DNA of 63,810 nucleotides, the filler included. It is 7 parts of 7 records of this genome, joined end to end, with 100 filler letters (N's around TTAATTAATTAA, not from the genome) between each part and the next. Parts side by side here need not be neighbours in the genome. Positions count along the whole stretch, not along the records: positions 1 to 15,246 come from DRR723986_22400; 6 more parts are not named here. One strand, given 5' to 3'. How positions within the stretch are numbered: the stretch's first letter is position 1; each line of letters starts with the position of its first letter. The position numbers and the translations under genes are program-made. Below, piece by piece: positions 1-8,645 of the stretch. Under the pieces are notes generated by a model that did no database searches, had not been told where the DNA came from, and saw only the letters and a program-made list of their open reading frames with translations.

Positions 1-169
1 GTGGATGAAAGCCATGATTCCACATCACTCCTCAGCGATAATGGTGAGTCAAAAAGCACATCTTCAAGACCCTGAAGCTCAAAAACTCGCTCAAGATATC
101 ATCGAAGCCCAAAAACGGGAAATCGCCCAAATGCAGGATATGATTAAGAGACTGGAATCCAAAAAATAA
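1..169 (+). CDS. DUF305 (CopM-like) protein, 5'-truncated
   Basis: Frame from nt 2 reads WMKAMIPHHSSAIMVS...AQDIIEAQKREIAQM...KK*. MIPHH is the DUF305 signature. Stop at 167-169, just upstream of a multicopper oxidase. Confidence 0.85.
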   Translation, partial: WMKAMIPHHSSAIMVSQKAHLQDPEAQKLAQDIIEAQKREIAQMQDMIKRLESKK

Positions 170-175
170 GCTCAA

Positions 176-2560
176 ATGAAACTTAAACTATACCAACATC
201 TCGCATCTTTTGGGCTGGCTCTCTGGCTATTAGGAAATTGTACAGTTGTACATGCAGAACAGATCCCTATAGATACAGCTGTCTATACTCTAACTCTTAA
301 TCAGGACATGGTATCAAAGGCCAACAAAATGGTTCCAGCAATGACTGTAAATGGAGGGATTCCAGGTCCAACTTTAACTTTCCAGGAAGGCGGATATGCC
401 GTTATTTATGTCAAAAATGAAATGGATGTGGAGACTTCGGTGCACTGGCATGGAATCTTGTTACCGAATTTCTTTGACGGCGTTCCCTACCTAACGACTC
501 CCCCTATAATGCCAGGAGAAACCCAAAAATATGAGTTTCCGCTGAAACAAGCTGGCACCTATTGGTATCATTCCCATACCATGCTGCAAGAGCAAAGCGG
601 CGTATATGGCTCAATCGTCATCGAACCCAAGGAGAAAACCTTGGAATATGATTCAGAACTGGTGATCCTACTTTCGGATTGGACTAATCAAAAAGCAATG
701 AATGTCATGAGAAACCTCAAGCGGGGAAACGAGTGGTATAACATAAAAAAAGGAACGGCCACACCTCTAAATCAAGTGATTGGAAGAGGTGGATTTGGGG
801 CTCAATTGAACTTCTGGAAACAGCGGATGGAAGGTGCTGACATTGCCGATATTTATTACAATGCTTTCCTAAATAATGGTGAAAAAACTACTGAGTATCC
901 AGATTTCATTCCCGGAGAAAAAGTACGGGTGCGCTTTATCAATGGTTCAGCTTCCTCACAATTTTGGCTGACGTTCGGTGGTGAAGACCCCATGCTTGTC
1001 GCTGCAGACGGATTGGATGTAGAACCCGTCATTCATAACAAAACCTTTATTGCCATCGCAGAAACGTATGATTTTATAGTTTCCATTCCAAATTCAGGGA
1101 AGATCGAGATTCGCGCAACTGCACAAGATGGATCTGGCCATACCTCCTCATTTCTAGGAAAAGGCGAGCTTTTATCGGCTCCAGAAGTATCCAGACCTGA
1201 CAAAATCGGGATGATGATGGAGATGGCAAAGATGGATATGAAGATGGGCGCTCCCGCCATGAAGTTTAAGCCTTCGAAAGAAAATCCTGAAGAAATGAAG
1301 GATAAATGGGGAATGCAGATGGATCATAAAATGAACATGGAAAACATGGTTCATTCGAAAATGAATCACACAGCCATGAATATGGATCACTCCAAGATGG
1401 ATTTGGAAGAAAAAAACACAAGTGATTCGTCAAGCAAAAATGACATGCACGAAATGGATCATTCGAAAATGAATCACGGTCAATCAATGGAGGAGTCAAA
1501 AAAAACGAAAGCATCCATGAATACTATGTCTGGCATGAACATGTTTGCGGAATACAATTACAATTACCTTAAGTCTCCCGAAAAAACCAGCTTCTCCAAC
1601 GGTGAGCCTGTAAATGAAGTCTTTTTAAATCTCACTGGGAATATGTGGCGGTATATCTGGAGTATGAATGGAGTCCCATTGGCAGAGGCAGATAAGATCA
1701 AGATCGAAGGTGGAAAAGTAACCAGAATCACCTTGAATAACCTGACCATGATGCATCACCCGATGCACCTACACGGGCATTTCTTCAGAGTGATCAATGA
1801 AAATGGCGAATATTCTCCGCTCAAGCATACCGTGAATGTCCCGCCAATGCAACAAATCACCATAGAATTTGAAGGAACAGAAGAAGGCGATTGGTTTTTC
1901 CACTGCCACGTGCTCTATCATATGATGGGTGGAATGGCTAGAGTATTTTCATATGACAGTCCACGAGATCCGAGAATGCTGGGTTTCCCCTTAAAAAAAC
2001 TCATCAATGAAGCTGATGAATATTTCAGTTGGGGGACTGCTGAAATAGCATCGCATATGACGGAAGTAAATCTGGTTTCTTCCAATATCCGTAATCAGTT
2101 TAACCTTAATTTGGAATATGGTTACAACCAAAATTTTGAAGCAGAAGTGAGCTATGAGCGATACCTCTATGATTATTTTAGAGTATTCGTAGGTGTGAAT
2201 ATGGAAAATGAAATCGAGGAAAGTCTTAATGAAATTAGCTCCAACGCAGTGGTCGGGATTCGATTTCTCACTCCTTACCTATTCAATTTAGATGTGAGAC
2301 TGGACAGCAAACTTCGCCCAGAATTTAGAATAGATCGGGAAATCATGATTTTTCCTAAAACCTCAATATTTGGTAACTATGAATATAAAATGGATTTTGG
2401 ATTGACAAACACGCTTCCGGAATCCGGTGAAAACTCTGATTATAAAGGAGAGTCTACTTGGTCTGCGGGTGCTAGCTACATATTCTCTAGAAACTTTTCC
2501 ATCATGGGAAGTTATGACAATCGTTTTGGGGCTGGTGCTGGCTTAACTTTACGTTTTTAA
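176..2560 (+). CDS. Multicopper oxidase (CopA-like) with Met/His-rich linker and C-terminal beta-rich domain
   Basis: Signal peptide; copper motifs HWHG, WYHSH, HPMHLHGH, HCHVLYHMMGGM; MDHSKM-type repeats; ends GAGLTLRF. Confidence 0.92.
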   Translation: MKLKLYQHLASFGLALWLLGNCTVVHAEQIPIDTAVYTLTLNQDMVSKANKMVPAMTVNGGIPGPTLTFQEGGYAVIYVKNEMDVETSVHWHGILLPNFFDGVPYLTTPPIMPGETQKYEFPLKQAGTYWYHSHTMLQEQSGVYGSIVIEPKEKTLEYDSELVILLSDWTNQKAMNVMRNLKRGNEWYNIKKGTATPLNQVIGRGGFGAQLNFWKQRMEGADIADIYYNAFLNNGEKTTEYPDFIPGEKVRVRFINGSASSQFWLTFGGEDPMLVAADGLDVEPVIHNKTFIAIAETYDFIVSIPNSGKIEIRATAQDGSGHTSSFLGKGELLSAPEVSRPDKIGMMMEMAKMDMKMGAPAMKFKPSKENPEEMKDKWGMQMDHKMNMENMVHSKMNHTAMNMDHSKMDLEEKNTSDSSSKNDMHEMDHSKMNHGQSMEESKKTKASMNTMSGMNMFAEYNYNYLKSPEKTSFSNGEPVNEVFLNLTGNMWRYIWSMNGVPLAEADKIKIEGGKVTRITLNNLTMMHHPMHLHGHFFRVINENGEYSPLKHTVNVPPMQQITIEFEGTEEGDWFFHCHVLYHMMGGMARVFSYDSPRDPRMLGFPLKKLINEADEYFSWGTAEIASHMTEVNLVSSNIRNQFNLNLEYGYNQNFEAEVSYERYLYDYFRVFVGVNMENEIEESLNEISSNAVVGIRFLTPYLFNLDVRLDSKLRPEFRIDREIMIFPKTSIFGNYEYKMDFGLTNTLPESGENSDYKGESTWSAGASYIFSRNFSIMGSYDNRFGAGAGLTLRF

Positions 2561-2627
2561 TACAAATTCACCATTTTATCTTAGAAAGTTAAAGACTCAA
2601 TTAAAAATAAACATTACTACATAACTA

Positions 2628-3179
2628 ATGAAAAATCTACGACTCCCCTTTTTCTTTGCATTTCTAGCTGCATTTTCTTTAGCATGTTCATCAAAATCGA
2701 CGGAGAAGAAAGCTGAAATAAACAAAGCGGATCAGCTTAAGATTAGCTCTGAAAAAACTATCGAAACAGCTAACATACCAGTCAAATTCGCGGAAGAATC
2801 CACCACAACTATTTTCAATACCTATTTTGAATTGAAAGATGCTTTGGTGCAAACTGATGGTGAAAAAGCAAGTATTGAAGCTAAAAAGCTAGCTGATCTT
2901 TTGAAAGAAGATAAATTCAAGTCAATAAAAAAAGACGTACAAAAGATCGCAGAAAGTACAGATCCAACTATTCAAAGGGAAGCATTTGATGAGCTTTCAG
3001 AGCAAATGATAGTATTAGCCAAAAATAGTGAACTAGCTTCAGGTAACCTTTTCCTTCAGCATTGCCCAATGGCAAACGGAAACAAAGGAGCGAATTGGAT
3101 CAGTTTGTCTGAAGAAATCAGAAACCCGTATTTCGGAGACAGAATGTTGAAATGCGGCTCAGTGACGGAGAAGATATGA
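2628..3179 (+). CDS. DUF3347 lipoprotein (heavy-metal cluster associated)
   Basis: Lipobox SLAC; YFELKDALV, HCPMA...WIS...IRNPYFG..MLKCG motifs. Confidence 0.85.
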   Translation: MKNLRLPFFFAFLAAFSLACSSKSTEKKAEINKADQLKISSEKTIETANIPVKFAEESTTTIFNTYFELKDALVQTDGEKASIEAKKLADLLKEDKFKSIKKDVQKIAESTDPTIQREAFDELSEQMIVLAKNSELASGNLFLQHCPMANGNKGANWISLSEEIRNPYFGDRMLKCGSVTEKI

Positions 3180-3193
3180 TTTGAAAATCTAGG

Positions 3194-3225
3194 ATGTAGG
3201 GACAAAAAATCTTTTGCCCCTACAT
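3194..3225. repeat. GTAG-type REP-like hairpin between convergent genes, probable terminator
   Basis: ATGTAGGGaCAAAA-AATC-TTTTGcCCCTACAT imperfect palindrome. Confidence 0.6.
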
Positions 3226-5508
3226 TCAATCAGAAACTGTGAATCTCAATCCCAAAAATCCTCTTATCCCCTGATTTGGAGCATAGACATACGTTGGGTC
3301 AAAAGTCAAAGCATTCGGATTTTCTGGAGTAGGAATAACCGTTCCATTAGGACCAAAAACAACATTTTTATCAAATGGATCAAAGGCTCTGGCAATGGAA
3401 TTTGCTGCTGGAGTGAAATTCAGGATATTTTTTACTCCTCCATACACTTCCCATTTTTCTCCCAATTTCTTGGTCAATTGGATATTCTGCAAACTATACC
3501 AAGGAGAATACGCCGGCCTATCATCCAAAGGCCCCAACAAGGGTAAGCGCATAGGACTATAAACATTTCCGGTATAGTCCATCGTCAAACCCAATCTGAA
3601 AAACTCATAGCCAACAGACCAAACTCCTGAAAATCGCTCGGTGAGCAATTGACGGATTTTAACCCCTTCCTCTTCAATACTTACATCCATGAGTGTTCCT
3701 CCAGCTGTAATTGCAAATCCATTCGCCCAAGCAATATCCGCATTCAAAGAAATCCCTTTTGATACAGCTGAGCCGTCGAGGTTGGCATAAATAATCTGAT
3801 TTGGATTCGTCTCATAATCTGGAATAATCCGATTGGTGAAATAGGTGTAAAATGCTGATCCGTCCAATCCTATGAAAGTTCCCTTATCAGTATAGAATTT
3901 CTTCACCAGATTCGCATTTACATTCCAGCTTTGCTCCGGTTTCAATTCCTCAGTGAATATCACATCCCTAGCACCAGTCAACGCTGCATGATCTTCTGTA
4001 AATACATTTGCTACTCTAAACCCGTTACCAGCAGACAGCCTAAATACCGTACTCTTGTCATCAGAAGCCAATTTGTAATTCACCCGGGGAGAAAAAATTG
4101 ACCCGTGAATGGAATTGTAATCGTATCGAGCTCCTAATAGTAAACTCTGGTTGGGAGCAAACTTAATTTCATCCTGAACAAAAAAACCGGGTAAATGAAT
4201 GACTGAAGGTATATTTTCTTCCGAAGCCAAGGAAGAAGTAGCCGAAGTATTGTCATCATAAAAAGTATATCTATAGGCCAAGCCCATCAATAAACTATGT
4301 TCCTGAACAGGTTTTGCCCAAGTAAATTGCCCAAAACCAATGTATTGATCAGCTTTAAAAATGGTCGTGCCATAAACCGAATTTTGGTTATGCCCGTTTA
4401 CAGAAAATTGAAAGTTCATCGTCTCTGAAGTTGGCAATTGCCAGGTACCAAAAGTCTCCCATCGGCTGGTAAAAATACTCTCGCCATATACCCGATCCCC
4501 ACCTCTTTCTTCATTTGTCCAATTCATCTCTCCTCCCCAGCGATCTTCATAGACGTATCTTCCTGCAACCGTAAAAAGTCTATTTTCTGGTCGGCTTACA
4601 TTGATTTTCTGGAAAAAAGAAAGACGTTTTGAAAGGGTCACGTCAGTAAAACCATCTCCATTATTATCTATTGGATTATCGTAGTAAAAAGCATTCACAC
4701 CAGTAAGAGATTGAACTTTTTCACCCCAATCAGACCGCAAACCTAAATCCAGATTCATCTCTCCCCAGCCAGTTGAAAAGAAATCTGTAGAAACTAATGG
4801 TGCAAAATCCGGTTTTTTAGTGATCACATTAATCAAACCACCTACAGCTTCCGAGCCATAAAGCGTGGACGCTGGACCCTTCACTACTTCCACTCTATCT
4901 ATCAACGCCTGAGGAATCCCTGTCAATCCATAAACTGTAGCCAAGCCACTCACTATCGGCATCCCATCGATCAGAACCATAGTATATGGCCCTTCCAAAC
5001 CGTTGATATGTATATCGCCTGTGTTGCAAACATTACAATTGATCTGAGGTCGAACACCGTTTACATTTTGTAGGGATTCAAAAATTGAAGGTGTGGGATT
5101 TGCCCGGAAAAAATTAGCGCTATAAACCTCTACTGGCACTGGACTATCCAATTTGGACACTTCCTGCATTGTACCACTAACTACCACCTCATCCAATCCT
5201 CCATCCATTTCCCTCAAGATAAAAAGCATTGCAGTGGTGTCTGCTCCTGGGATTTTAACCACCTGCTGAGATGTTTGAAATCCTACCATGGAAGCCTGAA
5301 CAGTAAAAGTCCCTGACTCAGAAATTGGAATAGAAAAGGCTCCTGATTCATCTGTCACTGCCCCAATCGCTAATCCTTTCACATAAACATTAGCAAATTC
5401 CACCGGTTCATCTCCATGCAAAACCCTGCCTTTCAGCAAATAGCTTTGACCATATGCCTCAAAGGAGAATAGTAAAACATATACTAGAAAGAGGTAATTG
5501 TATCTCAT
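3226..5508 (-). CDS. TonB-dependent receptor with N-terminal carboxypeptidase-regulatory-like domain
   Basis: LDEVVVSG TonB-box region; plug motif IDRVEVVKGPASTLYGSEAVGGLINVITK; C-terminal FLGLRF strand. Confidence 0.93.
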   Translation of the reverse strand: MRYNYLFLVYVLLFSFEAYGQSYLLKGRVLHGDEPVEFANVYVKGLAIGAVTDESGAFSIPISESGTFTVQASMVGFQTSQQVVKIPGADTTAMLFILREMDGGLDEVVVSGTMQEVSKLDSPVPVEVYSANFFRANPTPSIFESLQNVNGVRPQINCNVCNTGDIHINGLEGPYTMVLIDGMPIVSGLATVYGLTGIPQALIDRVEVVKGPASTLYGSEAVGGLINVITKKPDFAPLVSTDFFSTGWGEMNLDLGLRSDWGEKVQSLTGVNAFYYDNPIDNNGDGFTDVTLSKRLSFFQKINVSRPENRLFTVAGRYVYEDRWGGEMNWTNEERGGDRVYGESIFTSRWETFGTWQLPTSETMNFQFSVNGHNQNSVYGTTIFKADQYIGFGQFTWAKPVQEHSLLMGLAYRYTFYDDNTSATSSLASEENIPSVIHLPGFFVQDEIKFAPNQSLLLGARYDYNSIHGSIFSPRVNYKLASDDKSTVFRLSAGNGFRVANVFTEDHAALTGARDVIFTEELKPEQSWNVNANLVKKFYTDKGTFIGLDGSAFYTYFTNRIIPDYETNPNQIIYANLDGSAVSKGISLNADIAWANGFAITAGGTLMDVSIEEEGVKIRQLLTERFSGVWSVGYEFFRLGLTMDYTGNVYSPMRLPLLGPLDDRPAYSPWYSLQNIQLTKKLGEKWEVYGGVKNILNFTPAANSIARAFDPFDKNVVFGPNGTVIPTPENPNALTFDPTYVYAPNQGIRGFLGLRFTVSD

Positions 5509-5539
5509 AGACTTGGAGTAATTCTAAAATTAGATACGG

Positions 5540-5570
5540 CAAATTTACATTGTTAGATTAGTCTAACAAA
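5540..5570 (-). promoter_or_regulatory. Bacteroidota sigma-A promoter of the TonB receptor
   Basis: Minus strand TTTG (5570-5567), 19-nt spacer, TAAATTTG (5547-5540); matches the TTTG-N19-21-TAnnTTTG consensus. Confidence 0.7.
5550..5569. promoter_or_regulatory. DtxR/MntR-type operator
   Basis: TTGTTAGA-TTAG-TCTAACAA with perfect 8-bp arms; core TTAGATTAGTCTAA resembles the DtxR box TTAGGTTAGCCTAA; lies between the receptor and the divergent regulator. Confidence 0.8.
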
Positions 5571-5619
5571 ATTGTTTTAAAAAATAATTCAGCATATTTG
5601 AATACTAAAGCAATAGATC

Positions 5620-6279
5620 ATGGCATCACAAACCGAGGAAAACTACCTGAAATCTCTTTTTAACCTTGCAAACGAAAACAATGAGGTGAATATCTCCGAA
5701 TTAGCTGCCCAGATGCAAGTCAGCATGCCCACAGTGAATAGTATGGTAAAAACTCTCCAAAAAAATGGTTGGTTGAATTATGAAAAGTATAAACCTGTCA
5801 CCCTGACGCCGAAAGGAAAAAAAGAAGCAGCATTAATTATTCGAAAGCATCGATTGACCGAAATGTTTTTGGTGAATAAAATGGGTTTTGGCTGGGAGGA
5901 AGTTCATGAAATTGCCGAGCAGGTTGAACATATTCATGCCCCAAAATTTTTTGAGCGCATGGATGAAATGATGGGATTCCCGACTATAGATCCACATGGC
6001 TCACCGATTCCAGATAAGCAAGGTCGAATCCAGGAGATTAATTACCTTACACTATCGAAGTGTAAGGCCGGTCAAACTGTGATACTTGCTGCACTTACTA
6101 ACTCCTCTACTGAGTTTCTGGAATTTCTCAATGGCAGGAATTTGAGTTTAGGGACAGAACTGAAAATCCTATCAAAAGAGGCTTATGATCAAAGTATAGT
6201 AGTCTCCTACCCGAATCACTCGAGCGAAACATTGTCTGAAAAAGTCTGTGAGAAGCTGCTGGTTAAAGTAGTAGAATAA
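5620..6279 (+). CDS. DtxR/MntR family metal-dependent repressor with FeoA domain
   Basis: TEENYLK, RKHRLTEMFL, VHEIAEQVEH, DPHGSPIP motifs; C-terminal SH3/FeoA-like domain. Confidence 0.93.
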   Translation: MASQTEENYLKSLFNLANENNEVNISELAAQMQVSMPTVNSMVKTLQKNGWLNYEKYKPVTLTPKGKKEAALIIRKHRLTEMFLVNKMGFGWEEVHEIAEQVEHIHAPKFFERMDEMMGFPTIDPHGSPIPDKQGRIQEINYLTLSKCKAGQTVILAALTNSSTEFLEFLNGRNLSLGTELKILSKEAYDQSIVVSYPNHSSETLSEKVCEKLLVKVVE

Positions 6280-6374
6280 GCTTTTCCAAAACCACATATC
6301 TTTTCAAACTACCTCCTAGTTTTTCCTCTTTGGTTAAATATTTGGTACATTTTACTCAAACCTATTTAATAAAC

Positions 6375-7187
6375 ATGATCATCGACGTACACACCCATAT
6401 TAATAATTACCATGAAGAACGTGTTGTTTCCTTGGAGGACTGTCTAAATAAGCTAACTGAAACCATGGAGGAGAATGAAGTCGATTATTCTCTTGTACTT
6501 ACTTCATACAAAGTCAACGAACACCGGCCAAGCACCAAAAAAGTGGTTGAAGCTATTGCTGATAGGAAAAATCTAGGGGTAGTTGCTGGCATCAGTTACC
6601 TGAATTACAATCACCATGATCTCCGGGAAATCGCAGAATACCTGGAAGCTGGCCTGATTAAAGGATTGAAACTTTATCCTGGCTACGAACCATTTTACCC
6701 CAGTGATGCACGCCTTAAAGTAGTTTATGATATGGCAATCGAGTATGACGTGCCTGTCATGTTTCACTCCGGGGACACCTATGCACCCACAGGACGGGTA
6801 AAATATTCCCATCCTATTCATCATGATGATCTCGCTGTGGATTATCCTGATTTGAAAATTGTAATCTGTCATGTAGGAAATCCATGGATCAAAGACTGCA
6901 TGGAGGTCACCTACAAAAACAAGAATGTTCATGCCGACTTTTCCGGATTGGTTCTTGGAGATTTCTCGGAGAAATTTGAGCGCTGGATGAAAAATGAACT
7001 GGAGCAAATGATCACTTATGCAGGAAATCCCAAGTATCTCCTTTACGGAACGGATTGGCCAATTTCTTCTATGAAATCCTATTTAAACTTCATGAAAAAC
7101 TTAGAGCTGCCTGAGGAAAAGAAAGAAATGATCTTGTGGAAAAATGCGGCTGAATTATTCAAGCTTGATGTCAGCAGTTTTAAATAG
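6375..7187 (+). CDS. Amidohydrolase family protein (Amidohydro_2)
   Basis: IIDVHTH, GLKLY, FHSG, CHVG, YGTDWP; ATG at 6375 preferred over the upstream TTG. Confidence 0.85.
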   Translation: MIIDVHTHINNYHEERVVSLEDCLNKLTETMEENEVDYSLVLTSYKVNEHRPSTKKVVEAIADRKNLGVVAGISYLNYNHHDLREIAEYLEAGLIKGLKLYPGYEPFYPSDARLKVVYDMAIEYDVPVMFHSGDTYAPTGRVKYSHPIHHDDLAVDYPDLKIVICHVGNPWIKDCMEVTYKNKNVHADFSGLVLGDFSEKFERWMKNELEQMITYAGNPKYLLYGTDWPISSMKSYLNFMKNLELPEEKKEMILWKNAAELFKLDVSSFK

Positions 7188-7196
7188 GGTTCTAAA

Positions 7197-8423
7197 CTAT
7201 CGATTGTAAGGGTATTCATTAATCCAATGAAACCCTCTTGCGACAAGTGGATATTCTGACACCAGTTTTCGAGTACCATTTACTTTGCTGATATTCTCGC
7301 CTATCCTCAACTCAAGTTCATATTCCTGATCAGAGAGTTCTCTTATGGATAGCTCATCCGGCTCTTCTTCATTCTCACGGTTTTTAATGCTGATTTTCCC
7401 ATCAGGATTGATTTCTTGAATAGATAGAAACTCCCTTTCTCCATCTTTTCTTATTAACATTAAGTAGTTAGATTCCACCACTACTTTGTCCCAAGCTATA
7501 GCCTCCTCAGCCTCGAATCCACTATAGATTCCCTCCCACTCATTTTGGTGTACCCGAAATTTTTGCCCTTGATAATGACCAACCATTCTCGTAATTGGAA
7601 TAACACCAACATAGTAGATATTGATTAAAAGCCAGATAATCTGGTATTTCCTTTTCGTGAAATACGGCTTTAGCTCTCCCAAACTGGTAGTCTTTTGAAG
7701 AAGAAAAAAATCAAAAATTGCTTTCAAACTAGGTAATAATACCAGAATGGAGAAAACGAGAAGATGCGATGAAAATAGCTTTACGGGTACGTCGAAAGAG
7801 AAATTCACTAAAACTATATTGGTACAAACGGCAATTGAGATTAAAGCACCTAATACAACGGTTCGTCGGAAAAGCAATAAAAATCCAGCAAGGATTTCAG
7901 ATACACCCATGAATATCTTATAGGTATCAGAATAACCAAAAAACCTCCATGCTAAGCCCATAGGAGACATTTCCCCGTAAAGTACGTCCATACTATATAG
8001 ACTTGGTCCAGGGAATTGACCAACCAGAAATTTGGCTACTCCATAAGAAATGAGCGTTAGCCCAACAAAATAACGTGCATACACCAATGACCATTTGTAG
8101 AAACCACTGGCATTTTCCCGCACTTTCTTTATGAAAATCATGATCAAACTAATGACGAATGACACGATGATCATAGCTGGAATCATTACATAATCAAAAG
8201 TAGTATCACCACTTCCAGTCATCTCAATTTTTTCAAGAGTTTCAATTCCAAGAATAGATTTGCCGAAAAAAAGTATAAAACTGGTCTTTAACTGAATAAA
8301 ATACTTGCTGAATAATTCGTAAGTAAAAGGGATGTTATCCAGAGGAAAAGGAAATCCATAAATAAAAATATAGAGACCTACCCAGATCATCAAAAAGCCC
8401 TTTAAAACAGTTATTTTCTTCAT
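7197..8423 (-). CDS. Polytopic membrane protein, DoxX-like
   Basis: Several TM helices; TGSGDTT, YG..K...QF, SPMGLAWRFFGYS, N..FDVPVKLFS motifs typical of a Bacteroidota DoxX-like family. Confidence 0.65.
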   Translation of the reverse strand: MKKITVLKGFLMIWVGLYIFIYGFPFPLDNIPFTYELFSKYFIQLKTSFILFFGKSILGIETLEKIEMTGSGDTTFDYVMIPAMIIVSFVISLIMIFIKKVRENASGFYKWSLVYARYFVGLTLISYGVAKFLVGQFPGPSLYSMDVLYGEMSPMGLAWRFFGYSDTYKIFMGVSEILAGFLLLFRRTVVLGALISIAVCTNIVLVNFSFDVPVKLFSSHLLVFSILVLLPSLKAIFDFFLLQKTTSLGELKPYFTKRKYQIIWLLINIYYVGVIPITRMVGHYQGQKFRVHQNEWEGIYSGFEAEEAIAWDKVVVESNYLMLIRKDGEREFLSIQEINPDGKISIKNRENEEEPDELSIRELSDQEYELELRIGENISKVNGTRKLVSEYPLVARGFHWINEYPYNR

Positions 8424-8589
8424 AGTTTAGATAAATTACCTTGTCAAAATAGGTGAAAATCTAAAATTAAGGAAACGAAAATCCGGCTCTTAACTAATTT
8501 TATGAGTGTTTCTGAATAGAACTTTTTCAAATATTTCAAAAAGAAAGTCACTTACCTCATTTCCTGAAACACAAGACGCCTAAAAAGCA

Positions 8590-8625
8590 AAAAACCACCT
8601 GCCGATCTCTCAGCAGGTGGTTTTT
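8590..8625 (-). terminator. Intrinsic terminator of the S9 peptidase gene
   Basis: AAAAACCACCTGC-10 nt-GCAGGTGGTTTTT hairpin about 20 nt past the stop. Confidence 0.8.
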
Positions 8626-8645
8626 CTATGAAAATCTAAATAAGG

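Noticed and set aside
6375-7187. Amidohydrolase as the missing lactonase of the sugar cluster
   Set aside because: It lies 5 kb away, separated by unrelated genes, with no motif evidence for that subfamily.
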